Source: Eledone cirrhosa (lineage: Eukaryota). From it: a stretch of DNA of 64,000 nt. The DNA lies in assembly GCA_964016885.1 (NCBI GenBank), contig OZ024743.1:194804001-194868000 (forward strand), given 5' to 3'. Every line of letters begins with the position of its first letter. Position 1 is the first letter of the stretch. Below the pieces are notes generated by a model, which saw only the letters and a program-made list of their open reading frames with translations, was not told where the DNA came from and searched no databases. Both the position numbers and the translations under genes were made by a program. Shown piece by piece: positions 51,460-64,000 of this stretch.

Positions 51460-51670
51460 AATAATGGTTTCTTTATTGGCCAAAAGGGCTAACACGAAGA
51501 AAAACATTAGAAACGGCACAGAACAGTACAGGACAATACAAAGTGGGTTTTGATCGTGTAAACAGGTTATAAAAAGATAGAAATCGGGATAGAAATGAAA
51601 AAAAAATTCAATGGCCACCATTGCAAGCGCCCTCTCTCAGTTTTCCACTCCTCAGTCTACAGACGCATAC

Positions 51671-54600
51671 TCAGAGCGGGCCCGTCATTCGGAGCAGACT
51701 CGCCAATTTCACCGACCTTTCAACACACTTACTAGAAGACAGCACTTGCCTCTCCATCCTGATTTTCCTCTTCAAGTGAAACTTGAAAAAGTTAATCAGG
51801 GATTGGCCGGAGAGGAAAGTGTCCGTCTTCGATCCTTTCAACCTTGTCCACCACACAATCTCTTTTGCCATGGCTACCAGGCAGATGGAAACTGCCTGCC
51901 CTTCCTCCTTTTTAAAGAAGGATGGTGGGGCTATCTGCACAATGGACTCAGTCGATAACCGGATCCGTCCTACACGGGACAGCAGCTGTTCAACATAGCT
52001 CCAGAAGTCAGCAATTCTCGGGCACTGAACGTTGGCGTGCAGGGCGGTTTCGTCGCCCTGCGCGCATCTCGGTAGGATCGGATGACAGCACCTCCGTGTC
52101 TGTAGAGCTTATCCGGAACCGGCAACGCTCCTCGGTAGCACTGCCAGGCCAGGGATTTCTGGAAGATGTCCATAGGCCCCGGGCTGAAAGTTCTCTTGAA
52201 GAGAGCGAACAGCTGATCTTCTTCGACGCCCAGGGTCTCCCCGAGAACGTCGTCGCTCTTTCCCCCCACTAGCCCTCTATAGAACGCCGAGGTGGTTGTT
52301 CCACTGATACTAGTGCCCAACTGATGGAGGGCGGTTAGCGCTTGGAGACATTCCAGCTTCCCTCAGTCTTTTCCTGATCCAGGACTGCATCTCTGTCAAG
52401 GAGACGAGGTGGGGAAAAGCGCTTATGGCAAACGGCGACCACACCTGTTCACCTTCAAGGAAGCACCAGAGATGTCGCAGCCTCAGCGCATGTTTGCTCA
52501 TTATCAGCCACGGCATGCCTAGTCTTCCACGCAACGGGTGTTCGACATAAAATGGATCGTCTGACCATGGGAGCACGTCCCTTCCGCAAAAAGCGGAAGA
52601 GAAGGCGCTCAATTTTGGTCAGAGTTGGGCGGGGGCAAGATACGACGGTCAGGCGGTAGTAGATGACGGAGGCGATGTACGCATTCGCCACCTCCGCCCG
52701 AAACTTAAGAGACAGCCTCCTCTCAGCCCATTTCTGAGTGAGAGGGGCCACCCTGCTCGTCACTTCGCTCCAGTCTTTCTCCATATGGAGGCCGGACCGA
52801 ACTAGACGCCAAGCAATTTAACAGGTCCTTTCGTCCAGTGCCCCACGACGCTGTCGGACGACATGGACTTGCCTTCCAGGTGCCGAGTTGCAAGCCCACC
52901 GACTTTTCCTGGTTTATTGTTGCTCCTGTCACCGCTTCGTATTCCTTGAGCGCAGTGTCGAGCATCTGGACGTGTTTGGTGCTCGACACCACCACGGTGA
53001 CGTTGTCGGCGTAAGCTGACACGGATTTCCCACATCCCAGTTTGCGTGGGACCCCCCCTCATCGTCTACAATTTGTGCAGTAACGGCTCGAGGGCCAGTA
53101 CATACAGGAGGGACGAGAGGGAACAACCCTGGCGGACCGAGCGTATGGTGCTGAAAGGCTGCGACATGTGACCATTCACCCTCACAATCGGGCAGATGTC
53201 GCTGTGTATCCCAGCGATCCAGCTACAAAAAACGGGCCTTAAGCCGGCCGCCTCAAGGACCGCAGCCAGGTACTAATGGTCGACCCTATCAAATGCTTTA
53301 GATTGATCCAAGTTAATCAGGGCCCCACACGTGCCAGGTTCCTTAACCACCCTCTCTATGATGTATCGCATGAGATGGAGTTTATCGTGGATGGATCTGT
53401 CCGGAATGACGCATGTATACGCCTCTCCCACCAGATCACCGACGACAAGCACCAATCTCTTTGCTAACACATTGGCCAAAATCTTGCACTCTGTGTTTAG
53501 CAGTTATGGCCCTGAAGTTGTCTATAACGTCCCCCTTGTTCGGAACTTTTCTCAGCAGTGCCACCGCTCCCCGGCTCACAAAACTGTGAATGCTCCCGTT
53601 CTGCTACCATTTACAGTAGACATCTGTGAAGAGGTCACCGAAGAAGTCTGGCATATACGCATAAAGTATGTAAGGAAGACCATCGAAACCTGGCGATTTA
53701 CTCCTCATGCAGTCAGACATCGCTTCCCGTATTTCACCTGCTGTTATCGGCTTTCCGCAGCACTGCGCTGTGGTAGTCGAGAGCCGCGGCAGTCCGTTGA
53801 GGTATGCACCGAAGTCCATACTCCGATCCGGCCCGCCACCGCTCCTGAACAATTGAGAAATGTGCTGTTGAAAAGCCGCACACATCTGTTCGGGTTCGAG
53901 CAACATGCGCCCGTTTTGATCAGCGAAAGGACCGAATTGTGGACCTGTTGCCACGTCGCGTCTCCACCACCCGGGCCCATCGAACGGCTCTCGTCCCCTC
54001 GCATCGGTTGCGTTGCTTGTCCTAAACGCCTCTTCTAGCTTTCTAACTAACTCTCCCTCTACTCTATTTTCGTCTATCACTACTCATTTTCTAAACCTTA
54101 TCGATTCTACTCTAATAGCCCTTTTCAGGGTAAACCACCACCCGTTGTTGACGATCGCACCCGTCAACGCACACTTAACTAAATCGCTAATCCGGTCTCT
54201 GTAAGCTTTGCGCACCGGGAACGACACGCTCAGCTTGCAGTAACCAGGCCCTTGCCTATGGAGTCTATCTAAGTCAACTTCACAGATCACAAATTTGTGG
54301 TCCGTGTAGTCGACTACTTTAAATTGTGGACAACCTACACTAGCCTTATCTGTTTCCCTACAGAATACCCTATCTAAATACGATCTGGATGACCCGATGC
54401 GGTTTGACCATGTCCACATTGGCATAATCGGATAATCCAGTCTATACCTGTCAGAGGGTTCAAAACGTATGAGCAGGTTGTTGAGGCTTTTACACCCTCC
54501 TGCGCTGTCTACTAGCTCCACATAATCCCAGCGCGCATCTAAGATACCGTTCCAGTCGCCCACTAACACTAAAGTGCAGGACGTTCCAAGAAAGGTCTCT

Positions 54601-54927
54601 AGACGTCTGAAGAAATATGGCCGTCCTGCCCCTGCTGGTCACGTCCAGCACCACCGACTTACCTTCTGGGTCCAGGAAGATGGCCCGTATGGCTAGAGCC
54701 TCTCTGGAAAAGCACAGCAACCCCTCCCTCGATCCTGGACGGTTGGGAGATGCGTATACATCGTAGCCGCCGATGATCAGTGCGAAGGCTCGTACTTCGG
54801 AAATTCTGGTCTCGCTGATGGCCACCACGTCTATGGTTAGTGACCTGAGATAGTTAAGCCGGTGGCCCTGCTTCCAAGATGACCCCAGGCCACGTACATT
54901 TATACTGCCTATTCTAAGTAAGGCCAT
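51671..54927 (-). pseudogene. LINE ORF2 (APE endonuclease + reverse transcriptase)
   Basis: MALLRIGSINVRGL, ISETR, LVGDWNGIL, SYLDRVF, YTDHK, KSPGFDGLP, LDQSKAFDRVDH, VRQGC, AYADNVTV, INQEKS; many frameshifts. Confidence 0.92.
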
Positions 54928-54987
54928 GTTTGGTGAGGAATGGAGTAAGTGAGAAAGGATCACTTACCTTGATCGTGTGGGAAAGGG

Positions 54988-56480
54988 TCAGTCGAACCGT
55001 CCCTTTGGCTGATCATGGGTGTTTCGAACAATGATGTCGGTGTATATCCTCTTGGTAACCGACCTTCTGAAGTCTTCAACTGCGTTGGAGAATGTTTCTT
55101 TTAAAAGTTTATAATGTTCTATTTTGATTTCAATAATCTTTATATTTTGTACGAGTTCTTCATTTGCCATGTTTATGACTGTGTACTTTTGGGGTGGAGG
55201 GTGGTTTTTGTTGCTGTTCTCTTGTTGTTACTGTTGGGTGTGTGTGCTTTGTTGTGTTTGCGATGTTGGTGTTTTTGGTGATGCTTGTGGTGGTGTGGTT
55301 GGTGTTGGTGGTGATGCTCGTGGTGGTTATGGTGAAGATGGTTCTGTTGCTGCAAGTCTCCTTGCAGCCTTTACCACTCTTTGTTTGCCTTCGCTTTTGG
55401 AGGGTGAAGCTAAGGGTTTTTTTTATCTTTTGTTTAGTGGCAGACTGTTTGCCACTTCCCTCACGCCTCATACTCCATGTCGGATTCCATGGCGTCTGGG
55501 AGGGGTACGAGCTCCACCGCTGTTGGTGGTGGTAGTGGAGCCCGCTCCGGCGATTTTGCCCCCGGTGTAGCTACTGCGACTTTTCGTGTAGCCGCCACTG
55601 CTGCCGCTGCTTTAGTTGTCTGTGGCCTTGGTATAGGTGCCACGGACGTTGCCCTCCTACTCACCAAGGAATGGTCTTCTGTCTCTGTTGCCTCTCCTGC
55701 TCTTGGTAGCAGCGGATCAGCCGTTGGAAGGAGGGGGGGATCTTCTTGGCTATCTTCTGCGGGCAGAAGGCCCTGAGGTGACCCTTCTGTCCACTGAAAT
55801 AGCACTTTAAGCGCCTTCCTTCCACGCTTATGGGGAGTTGGAGTCTTTCCTCGAGGTCCATGATATCTGGGCTGGCCTCGTTGCACTCCTGGTTAGTTTG
55901 TATTAGCATTTGTATGCCTATTCCTGACCAGTTCTCTCTTCCCATTACTTGCGACTCACCATGGCTCTTGCGGCTGCCATCTTCTCCTCGGTGACTAGCA
56001 CCGTCTTTATATTTTGGGCCACACCTGCGAAAGAAGTGGCCCCTTTTTCAGCGGCACCATTATTGCTGCTGTTACTGGTCATGTTGTTGGTGCTGTTGCT
56101 GTTGCTACTGCTACACACGGCGTTGTTGGTGGTGTTGCTGTTATCACTGTTGTAGTTGGTTGTGTTTTTGGGGCCACTCTTGTTGTTGTTTTCGGTGCAA
56201 TTTGTGTTCTTGCTGTTGGTGTCGTCATAGTTTATTTTCTTGTTAGTGGTGTTAATATCGTTGTTGCATTTGTTGTCATTTTTTCTGTTGTCTGTATTTT
56301 GGTTGTCGCTGTTATTGTTGTAGTTGGTATGGTAATTTTTTTTAAATTAGTGTTCTCAGTGTTGTTGTCTTTGTTCACGTTGCTTGTGGTGGTGTTTGAT
56401 GTATCAATTTCTGTAACCCTCCTCTCAATTTTACGCCGTTCTCACACGACAGCAGACATATTGCAGGGGTGGGTAGCTCA
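54988..56480 (-). pseudogene. LINE ORF1 (gag-like, Thr-rich, degenerate CCHC knuckle)
   Basis: LPISVEGRRLKCYFSGQKGHLRAFCPQK; long Thr-rich low-complexity segments. Confidence 0.7.
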
Positions 56481-56699
56481 ACCATGTTTTTTTTTTCTTT
56501 TTAAAAGTAAAATGTTCAATTATTGTTCAAATATTTGGGCCAAAAGGCCCAAATATTATACTTTCCCCTTTCATAGGGCAAAGTCCAAGGGCTTATATCC
56601 CTTACACAACAAGAAATATTAAAATTAAACAACAATAATTATAACAGGTAAATAAAGCGACTTACTGGGAGCGAGCAAAAAGACGTCCAAACAGACCAA

Positions 56700-57097
56700 T
56701 AATAATAATAATACTTGTTTCTACTTTTGGCACAAGTCCAGCAATTAAACCAGTGTATTTATTCTATCGACCCCGTAAGGATGAAAGGCAAAGTTAACCT
56801 CAGCGGTATTTGAACTCAGATCGTAAAGGGATGTAACTATGCTGGAAAGCCTGTCCGACTCTCTACCGATACTGCCAATTCACCAATAATTATAATAATA
56901 ATAATAATATGTATATATAATTGTTTCTATTTTAGGCACAAGGCCAGTAATTACCCAGTGCATTACTGGTACTTTATTTCATCGACCCCTTAAGGATGAA
57001 AGGCAAAGTCAACCTCGGCGAGATTTGAACTCAGATCGTAAAGGGACGTAACTATGCTGGAAAGCATGGCGTCCGACCCTCTACTGATACTGCAAAT
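56700..57097 (-). mobile_element. Two tandem short-form SINEs (56700-56884, 56918-57097)
   Basis: Reverse-complement consensus twice, with (ATT)n tails. Confidence 0.9.
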
Positions 57098-57867
57098 CGA
57101 AGGTGCAATCGTATGTAAATATAATTATATAAATATGGTAGAATCGTTATACAAGTTAAAATTATTTGTGCGCGACACTTATTGCATATCCTTAAAATTC
57201 TTATATTGTATATCAAACGAATATAATATTCACCCATGTTTCAATAATAATTCTCACAGTCATGAGCTAGACGTGGATTCATTGAAAGAAGACGAAACCA
57301 TTAGTTTGTAGTTACATGTGTGGTATCTGACCACTAATCTACTGTTCAATGATTTATCGACAACTAATCAAAATATATAATACATAAACTTGAAGCTTAA
57401 CAAACTACGCTATAGTATAATGCGTTTTACATTAAAACCTTATGATCTTTATGACAAAGTCAACTTTTATTTCAATCATAATTATAAAACCGCACTAGAG
57501 ATAGATCTTTGATGATAAGTATCAATGAAACAACGATGTTTTGTTTACTTTGTTATCCATTAACTTTGTAACTGTAATCGCAATATCTATCTATCTATCC
57601 AGATAGATAATATATATGGCAGACCATATAATTTTTCCTTATATCGTTGGTTTTTATGGCTTTGTGTGTCTATTATGTAAATACATCATGTTTCAAAATA
57701 GAAAAAAAGTTTTGTGTAAATATATGTTCATACATAAGTATGTGTATAAACATTTAAAAAGACACAACGTAAGTAAGCATATCTATATTAATGATTAGAT
57801 ACATATAGACACTCCCACACATTTATATCTATACAGAAATACATATATATATTATTGCATATATACA

Positions 57868-57907
<40 letters not shown>

Positions 57908-57948
57908 TATATATATATATATATATGTGTGTGTGTATATATATATAT

Positions 57949-57992
<44 letters not shown>

Positions 57993-59079
57993 AAAAATGT
58001 ATATGCATAACTACACACACACATTTGCAGATAAGCACACAGGCATGCGCAGGAGACACATACACACACAAACAGACATATATATGTTCATTTACAAATC
58101 AAATTCTTTCACATTCAACGTGAGGTAATTAGATATCAGTTTAGTCAAGGCAGACATTATTTCTATAAATGAATAGACGCAGAAATTGTTTTCTCTTTAT
58201 TTGTAGCTTACTAATCTTCGTATCTTTCGAATTGTTATAACTGAATTGAATAAAAGAACGGTGGCAACAACAATAGCAACAATGAAAGGGGTGGGCAAAT
58301 ACACCAATAGCATCAGCAGAATTTGTCATGATGAAGCCTCCCCCCCCCCAAAAAAAAACAAAAAAAAAAAACAAAAAAAAACAACACAAAATAAAACATA
58401 CAAACACAAAAACAAACAAACAAAAAACAAATGAATTGTATATGAATGAAAGTAATATTAAATATATTTAAAAAATCTATAACACAAAGTTATTATTAAG
58501 CATACATAGATCTGTAAGAAAAATGTGTTTGCTTTCATTATTGAAGAACAATATCAAGGATGATCTGACCTGAGAACTGGGGGAACACAGAGTAGCATTA
58601 ATTTCGATTATATTCACTCTAGAAGATTCTTCTTCTCCTTCTGGCTCTCTTTTATTCTTTGCAATTCTTTTTTTCCGGCTTTCACTTAAAAATGTTCAAA
58701 TTGAATTATAGTTATTGTTTATGTATAATAAAATATATAAATGATACAAAAGATATTATAATAAAAGAACAAGCACTAGCAATAGAAAACCAAACACGCA
58801 TTCTAGTTCATATTTTACCAATAATTTCATTTAATATAGAGCGCAGAATTTCGTCGCTACCAATGAATATTGACTGAAAGGCTAAATCGCTTGAACCACA
58901 AAAGATGGTATAAAACACGAGTTACTAACAAATTTTTTTCTTTTTCTAATGAATAGTATACTAGCTAGGTTTGTAAGAAATCAAAGTATCAATACTGTTC
59001 TGAAGAGTACTATTAATATTATTGCTGCTGCTGCTGCTACCTCTAATACTTCTACTTCTAATTATAATCATAATAGTAG

Positions 59080-59280
59080 TAATGGTTTCTACTATAGGCG
59101 CAAAGCCAGCAATTTGAGGAGGGGGAAGGTCGATTGAATCGACCCCACTTCATTACTGGTGCTTTGTTTTATCGACCCCGTAATAATGAAAGAAAAAGCT
59201 AAGCTGGGCGGGATTTGAACTCAGAACGTACAAGGACATAACTCTATGCAACAAAGCATGTTGTCCCACGATTTACCGAC
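59080..59280 (-). mobile_element. SINE, long form
   Basis: Reverse-complement consensus. Confidence 0.8.
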
Positions 59281-60349
59281 AATATTTCCTGGGCGATATG
59301 CCGATTCTTCAACTTGAACTCGAATACGATGTTTTATAGTCATGTACCAAATAGTGTAGAGGATAACCATAATCATCAAAGTAGAGTAGATTAAATGTTC
59401 TAGATATGTTTATTAGGGAGAAATAATGATCCCCTTGCTTTGAGAGATATCTCAATCTCTTCTGAGTAAAACATCTCATGGCAAGCGAAGGAGAAGCTAT
59501 CAAATTACAAGAATCTTGAAAATTAAATATGCAGAATATGTTACATGAAAGTGAAAACAGTATCAGTGATAATTAGATAAGTAGATATGATGAACATAAA
59601 CATGGATAATAGCACATATGGCATACCAGGACTCACAAGTTTAGAACTAGACCACATCCTGCACATGACACTTTCAATTATAAAAGAAACTGAAACAGTA
59701 GTCTCTGCATGCAACAGATGCCCTATAAAATAATGATTAAAATAACCATCCCCTAATGAAATAAGGCAATGCTTACCATGTACTACCTCCACCATCAAAT
59801 CAAATAACACAAAATCTACGACACATACTCTATAGAGCAATCTTCAACAATATAACACAATTCGCATCATAGTATTGCACATACTTTTACAAAATCGATA
59901 TGCAATACTATAACACCTAAATTCTTAGGAAACCATCACTACTCAGCATACTATAATAGCATATGTTGCACATATTCTACACTACAAACAACATTTTAAA
60001 GAACACATGGAACAGAAAAGAAATAACCACATGAAAAAAGAGAATGATGTACTATACCAGACTACGATGGGTCTAATATTTCAAAAACATGCAGTTACAC
60101 CTTGTGTTGAAGTAGACATTCGCTATTCCACACACACTCAACATAATAAACGGACGAAACATTCAAATAAAAATAGAAAGAAGGCAATAAACCCTGTAAC
60201 AAAACAAAAGAGATGTGTAGCGTACAAACGCAATGTTACATTAGAAACATTCATTACTGCACACATCTCAACAACATGAGAATCTCACAGCAAACTGTTG
60301 ACAAGATGACGCTATTAATAATAAAAAATACAAAATACAATTTCAAATT

Positions 60350-60830
60350 TTGGAATAATGTCAGACAACGAGTGGTTAGGAAAATCAACTTTAGAACACG
60401 ACTGTTACTTATGTAATTTGCGCCAATGCAAATCATTTTTTGTATCTTAGTTCAGTCCAGAAATTCTTTTGGAGCAGGCATAGCCGATAGCATACTTCAA
60501 TGTTGTCTTGTCATGTATAACCTTTCATCGCTTACTTCTGTCACGAACAGAAGATTCTCTTTTGAAGATTCTATTCACGATTTCGCTGAAAATCTCTAGA
60601 TCTGCTTTATTGAAGTGAACCATATTCGCCACATGTAAAAGCAGTAAAACTATTTTGCAATTCATGGCTTTTATTAGGTTTTAAGTGACCAGGTAAAGTT
60701 TGATCTGAATTTGCTGCAAATTTGTGTTTCGATTTCACCTGAGATATTTCCCAAAGATAGGCAATTTATAGGTTATTTTTAGATATAGAGCAAGTAATGT
60801 ATGTTGTTTATTATGCTGAAGCATGTCTCG
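60350..60830 (-). mobile_element. Degraded R4/Dong-like RT C-terminal fragment
   Basis: NLIKAMN and ERLYMTR motifs on the minus strand. Confidence 0.4.
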
Positions 60831-61389
60831 CGCATATGCTACTTTTTAAAAAAGAATAATTCTGGATTAGGACGAAGAGAAAGATTTTTTGTAGAGGGAC
60901 AACTATAGATCGACATCAGACGTGTGGCATACTACTAGGTGACCACTATATTCTACCAGTTGGACTATACCTTGAGGGGAACGTTTAATATGACATCCTA
61001 TAAAACCTCAGTCAAGAGACATGTTCAATAAAGGCTAGTGGAGTATTTTAGGCATCGATTTTACAGTTTTGGTATTTTCTCTTAGAAAATAATTTGCTCC
61101 GAAATTATAAACAATTATTAAATGTCATTAGCCCAATATTACCAAAGAACGGGCTCATTAACAATAAACTCTACATGCATGACTGAGTTGGAGTTGCTGT
61201 TAACAGAAAATGTGCCATACCGGATTCTTCCGACAGACACTCACTCAATCTAGTCCTACATCTTTGTCACTGCCATCATTACTAACACCAGTACCATCAC
61301 TACCACCTCCAAATTATTTTAATGTCTAAAATTCTGTCGCCACAGAAATGTTTTGGGGGATAATGTTAAACAGTTTAAAGACGAAGATT

Positions 61390-61560
61390 TTCCTCTCAAG
61401 CCAAAAATGGGGTTCCTACGAAGAATCTTTGAAGTGACGTTATTCGATAAAGTGTGTAGCTCAAAGATCATAGAATTAATCCAGATAGATTCGCTACTTC
61501 TCCGAATTTAAAGATCACAGCTCCAATACAATGGCCATGTGGATACAAGAAGACTTTTGT
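61390..61560 (+). mobile_element. RTE (Expander-like) LINE fragment
   Basis: FLRRIFEVTLFDKVCS..IIELIQIDSLLLRI*RSQLQYNGHV. Confidence 0.7.
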
Positions 61561-62489
61561 GTGCCAAGCTAATTGGATAATGTGTAAAGAGTGTCTCGAG
61601 TAAATTTATTTTAGTGTTCCTGTCCTGAACTTATTTGTGCCCTTCATTATTATTTCTGTTGATTGTAATTTATTAATCAACCTTTTTTAATTGTTATCGT
61701 AGATTTCACCATTTCACGTGAGCTGAATCCCTGCTGATACTGATTAAAGATAAAAACTGCACCCACTTTGATACTAGTCGAATGGCAGAAATGATAGAGC
61801 GGTCGATAAAATGCCATTGCGTTATTCATTTCGTTCTGGTTCTGTATGTAATGAGTTTAGATCATGTGAAGCTAAACTATGTTTTTCAGCCTTCCGTCTT
61901 CGATACAACACAGCACCAGTCACGTACATAGGGTGAGTTGATCAGGTTTGCCTCAGTTGCAGATTTGCTGCCCGTGTGTTTCAATTAGAAACATCCAATT
62001 TGTGTTTTTATGCAATTTGTTTAATTGATTTTAATGTTATCCTGCTGATTTGTTTGTTTGTTGTCTATTATATACGGTGGGTGAATTATTGGTGGTGACA
62101 CTGTAGTCTATGCTGAGTGAGTTATCAGAAGGCAGGTGTCGATTATATGGAATGTGTCTACTGAGGGTTGTGTTTTAATGTTATCGTTTAACTCACATAA
62201 GCTCTGCTCAAGGAAGCCGATAGTAATTGTTCATATTTTAGGCACAAGTCCAGCAAATGTCGTGGCACGTTACACAGGTATTACTTTATTACATGACTTA
62301 CCTTTCCCTCCGAGCATTTTCAGCCATATTCCGATAATTTATTCTGCTGGCTGATTAAATATAACGACTGAATGCGACAGTTGTTGGCGATTGATAGTTT
62401 AATTGATAAATTGTCAATTATTGCATAGGGTACAAATCAGAACAAAGGAAGAACATATTGTGTGATCGAAACTAAATTGTAGTTGAGCA

Positions 62490-63043
62490 CTCACCCTGGC
62501 CACTTCTGCAATGGTAAAGGTGAATGTTATGGAATACCAACTCCATCAGTTTCTCAAAAAAGCTCAAACTCTACAAGTCCTTGGTGACTTTGATCCTTTT
62601 GTATGGGCGTGAGAGACCGACTCTCACAGCTGACATGGAACGACGATTCCAGTCATTTGAGCACAAGTGGCTCAGAAGGTTACTAAACCTGCCATATATG
62701 GAGCATATAAAACAGCTTTGTCAGGCAGCAAGTTAACAAATATGCTAGCAGACAGGAACCATCCCTTGCAATATTGAAAAAACGGAACCTTGAAATAGCA
62801 TGTTTATATATCCTGCCACAACAACTTGTCCAAAGCTTCCTTCAGGGCACAGTCGAGGTAGAGAGAAAAAGAGGTGGACAAAGAAATTGCTGGTCCGATA
62901 CCATCAACGACTGCATTGGTCACAACATCGAATCCCTTCTACACATGACGGAGATAGAGGCCGATGGCGACAACTGACTAGAAAAGCGTCTAGAGTAGCA
63001 CTCCAACAACAGACTGCATCGGTTGTGGGAACATGATGATGAC
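62490..63043 (+). mobile_element. RTE-clade LINE 3' fragment with (TGA)n tail
   Basis: ISFSKKLKLYKSLVTLILLYG, FEHKWLRRLL, LQGTVEVERKRGGQR..WSD; ends ATGATGATGAC. Confidence 0.85.
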
Positions 63044-63469
63044 AGGACGTTTCTGCAAGACTGTATATCACTGAAAGTCTTTAAGCTTGGGTAGCCTTGC
63101 ATGATTTGCTATAAGAATCTACTTGGGTTAAGTATAGATCGATCACCTAACAAGTATAGATTGAACAATTTAAATATTTTTATCTGGAATCCTGAATTTG
63201 TTGAAGCTATTTCTAAGAAATTGAATTAGAATTTGAATAAAAATTTCTGAGTGTTTTATAATATGAATAAACATTAGGATCTGTTAGAGTGAAAAATATG
63301 TACATGAAACACCCAGAGGGACACCATTAAATATTGCTTAATCAGACACTGATACTTGATAAAATATCCTGCAAACTTATACTTATATATAAAATTTGTC
63401 GAGTAGCAATATATATTCGTGTTTGAGTGGATCTGTTGTTGTAACTATGAAAGTATGTGTGTTTATGCA

Positions 63470-63900
63470 TCTACGCACATATGTATGCATGTAAGCATGT
63501 ATGCATCCAAGCATTCATGCATATATCCATGTATATATGTATATATGTATGTATGCATGTATATATATATATATATATGTGTATGTATGTAATATATTTA
63601 TGGGTGTGTGTACATTTATTTACATATGCATAAATACATATACGCATACATGTATATATGTATGTATACATGTATATATGTATATATATATGTATGTATA
63701 TATGTATGTATATATGTATGTATGTATGTACGTATGCAGGTATATAATGTGTGTATGTATGTACGTATGCAGCTATATATGTATGTATGTATTTATGGGT
63801 GTGTGTGTGTATACATATGCATGAATATATATATATGTGTATATATGCATGTACGTATGCAGGTACGTATATATATATGTATGCATATAGTGCATATGTT
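63470..63900. repeat. Degenerate (TATG)/(TA)/(TG) low-complexity tract
   Basis: Direct reading. Confidence 0.9.
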
Positions 63901-64000
63901 AGTGCATTTCATACGCCGATTGTTTAATTGAGAGTTTCGTTATAAGAATTTGAAATTACGTTTTTCTTGCGTCTAGAGCTGTCCTATTGTTTTCGCATGT

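Larger units (their letters stand above)
51459..56698 (-). mobile_element. L1/Tx1-clade LINE, near full length, degraded
   Basis: ORF1 with zinc knuckle, ORF2 with APE + RT; 3' end GCCCTTTTGGCCAATAAAGAAACCATTATT; 5' end abuts the (ATT)n tail of a SINE. Confidence 0.9.

Noticed and set aside
56014-56622. 202-aa hydrophobic, membrane-protein-like ORF
   Set aside because: Antisense of the Thr-rich LINE ORF1.

Overview
AT-rich, microsatellite-saturated animal genomic DNA, probably from a coleoid cephalopod (Octopus-like; inferred from the SINE families and repeat landscape, not proven). Almost all ORF-track entries are microsatellite or low-complexity artefacts, and no intact host gene is evident. 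A few candidate small exons with good splice signals lie on the + strand (240-326, 8259-8309, 38403-38757). The window is a nest of mobile elements: a near-intact C-rich Neptune-type Penelope-like element (PLE; RT + GIY-YIG + hammerhead ribozyme, ~10.3-14.85 kb), a Naiad-type PLE 3' fragment joined to a truncated RepHel Helitron (41.9-48.5 kb), a near-full-length degraded L1/Tx1-type LINE (51.46-56.70 kb), a DD37D/maT transposon, R4/Dong and RTE LINE fragments, a mini-Helitron, a hAT MITE and ~25-30 copies of one tRNA-derived SINE. The most notable observations are: (i) the SINE 3' tail matches the Tx1 LINE 3' end, a candidate SINE-LINE partnership with (ATT)n-directed stacking; (ii) several sequence-unrelated type I hammerhead ribozyme motifs, some in short islands embedded in (TA)n; (iii) an array of paired ACTAAY (STAR/Quaking-type) motifs in the PLE 3' UTR; (iv) the Helitron-Naiad junction falls exactly at helicase motif II. 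All calls were made by eye, and boundaries are approximate unless motifs are quoted.
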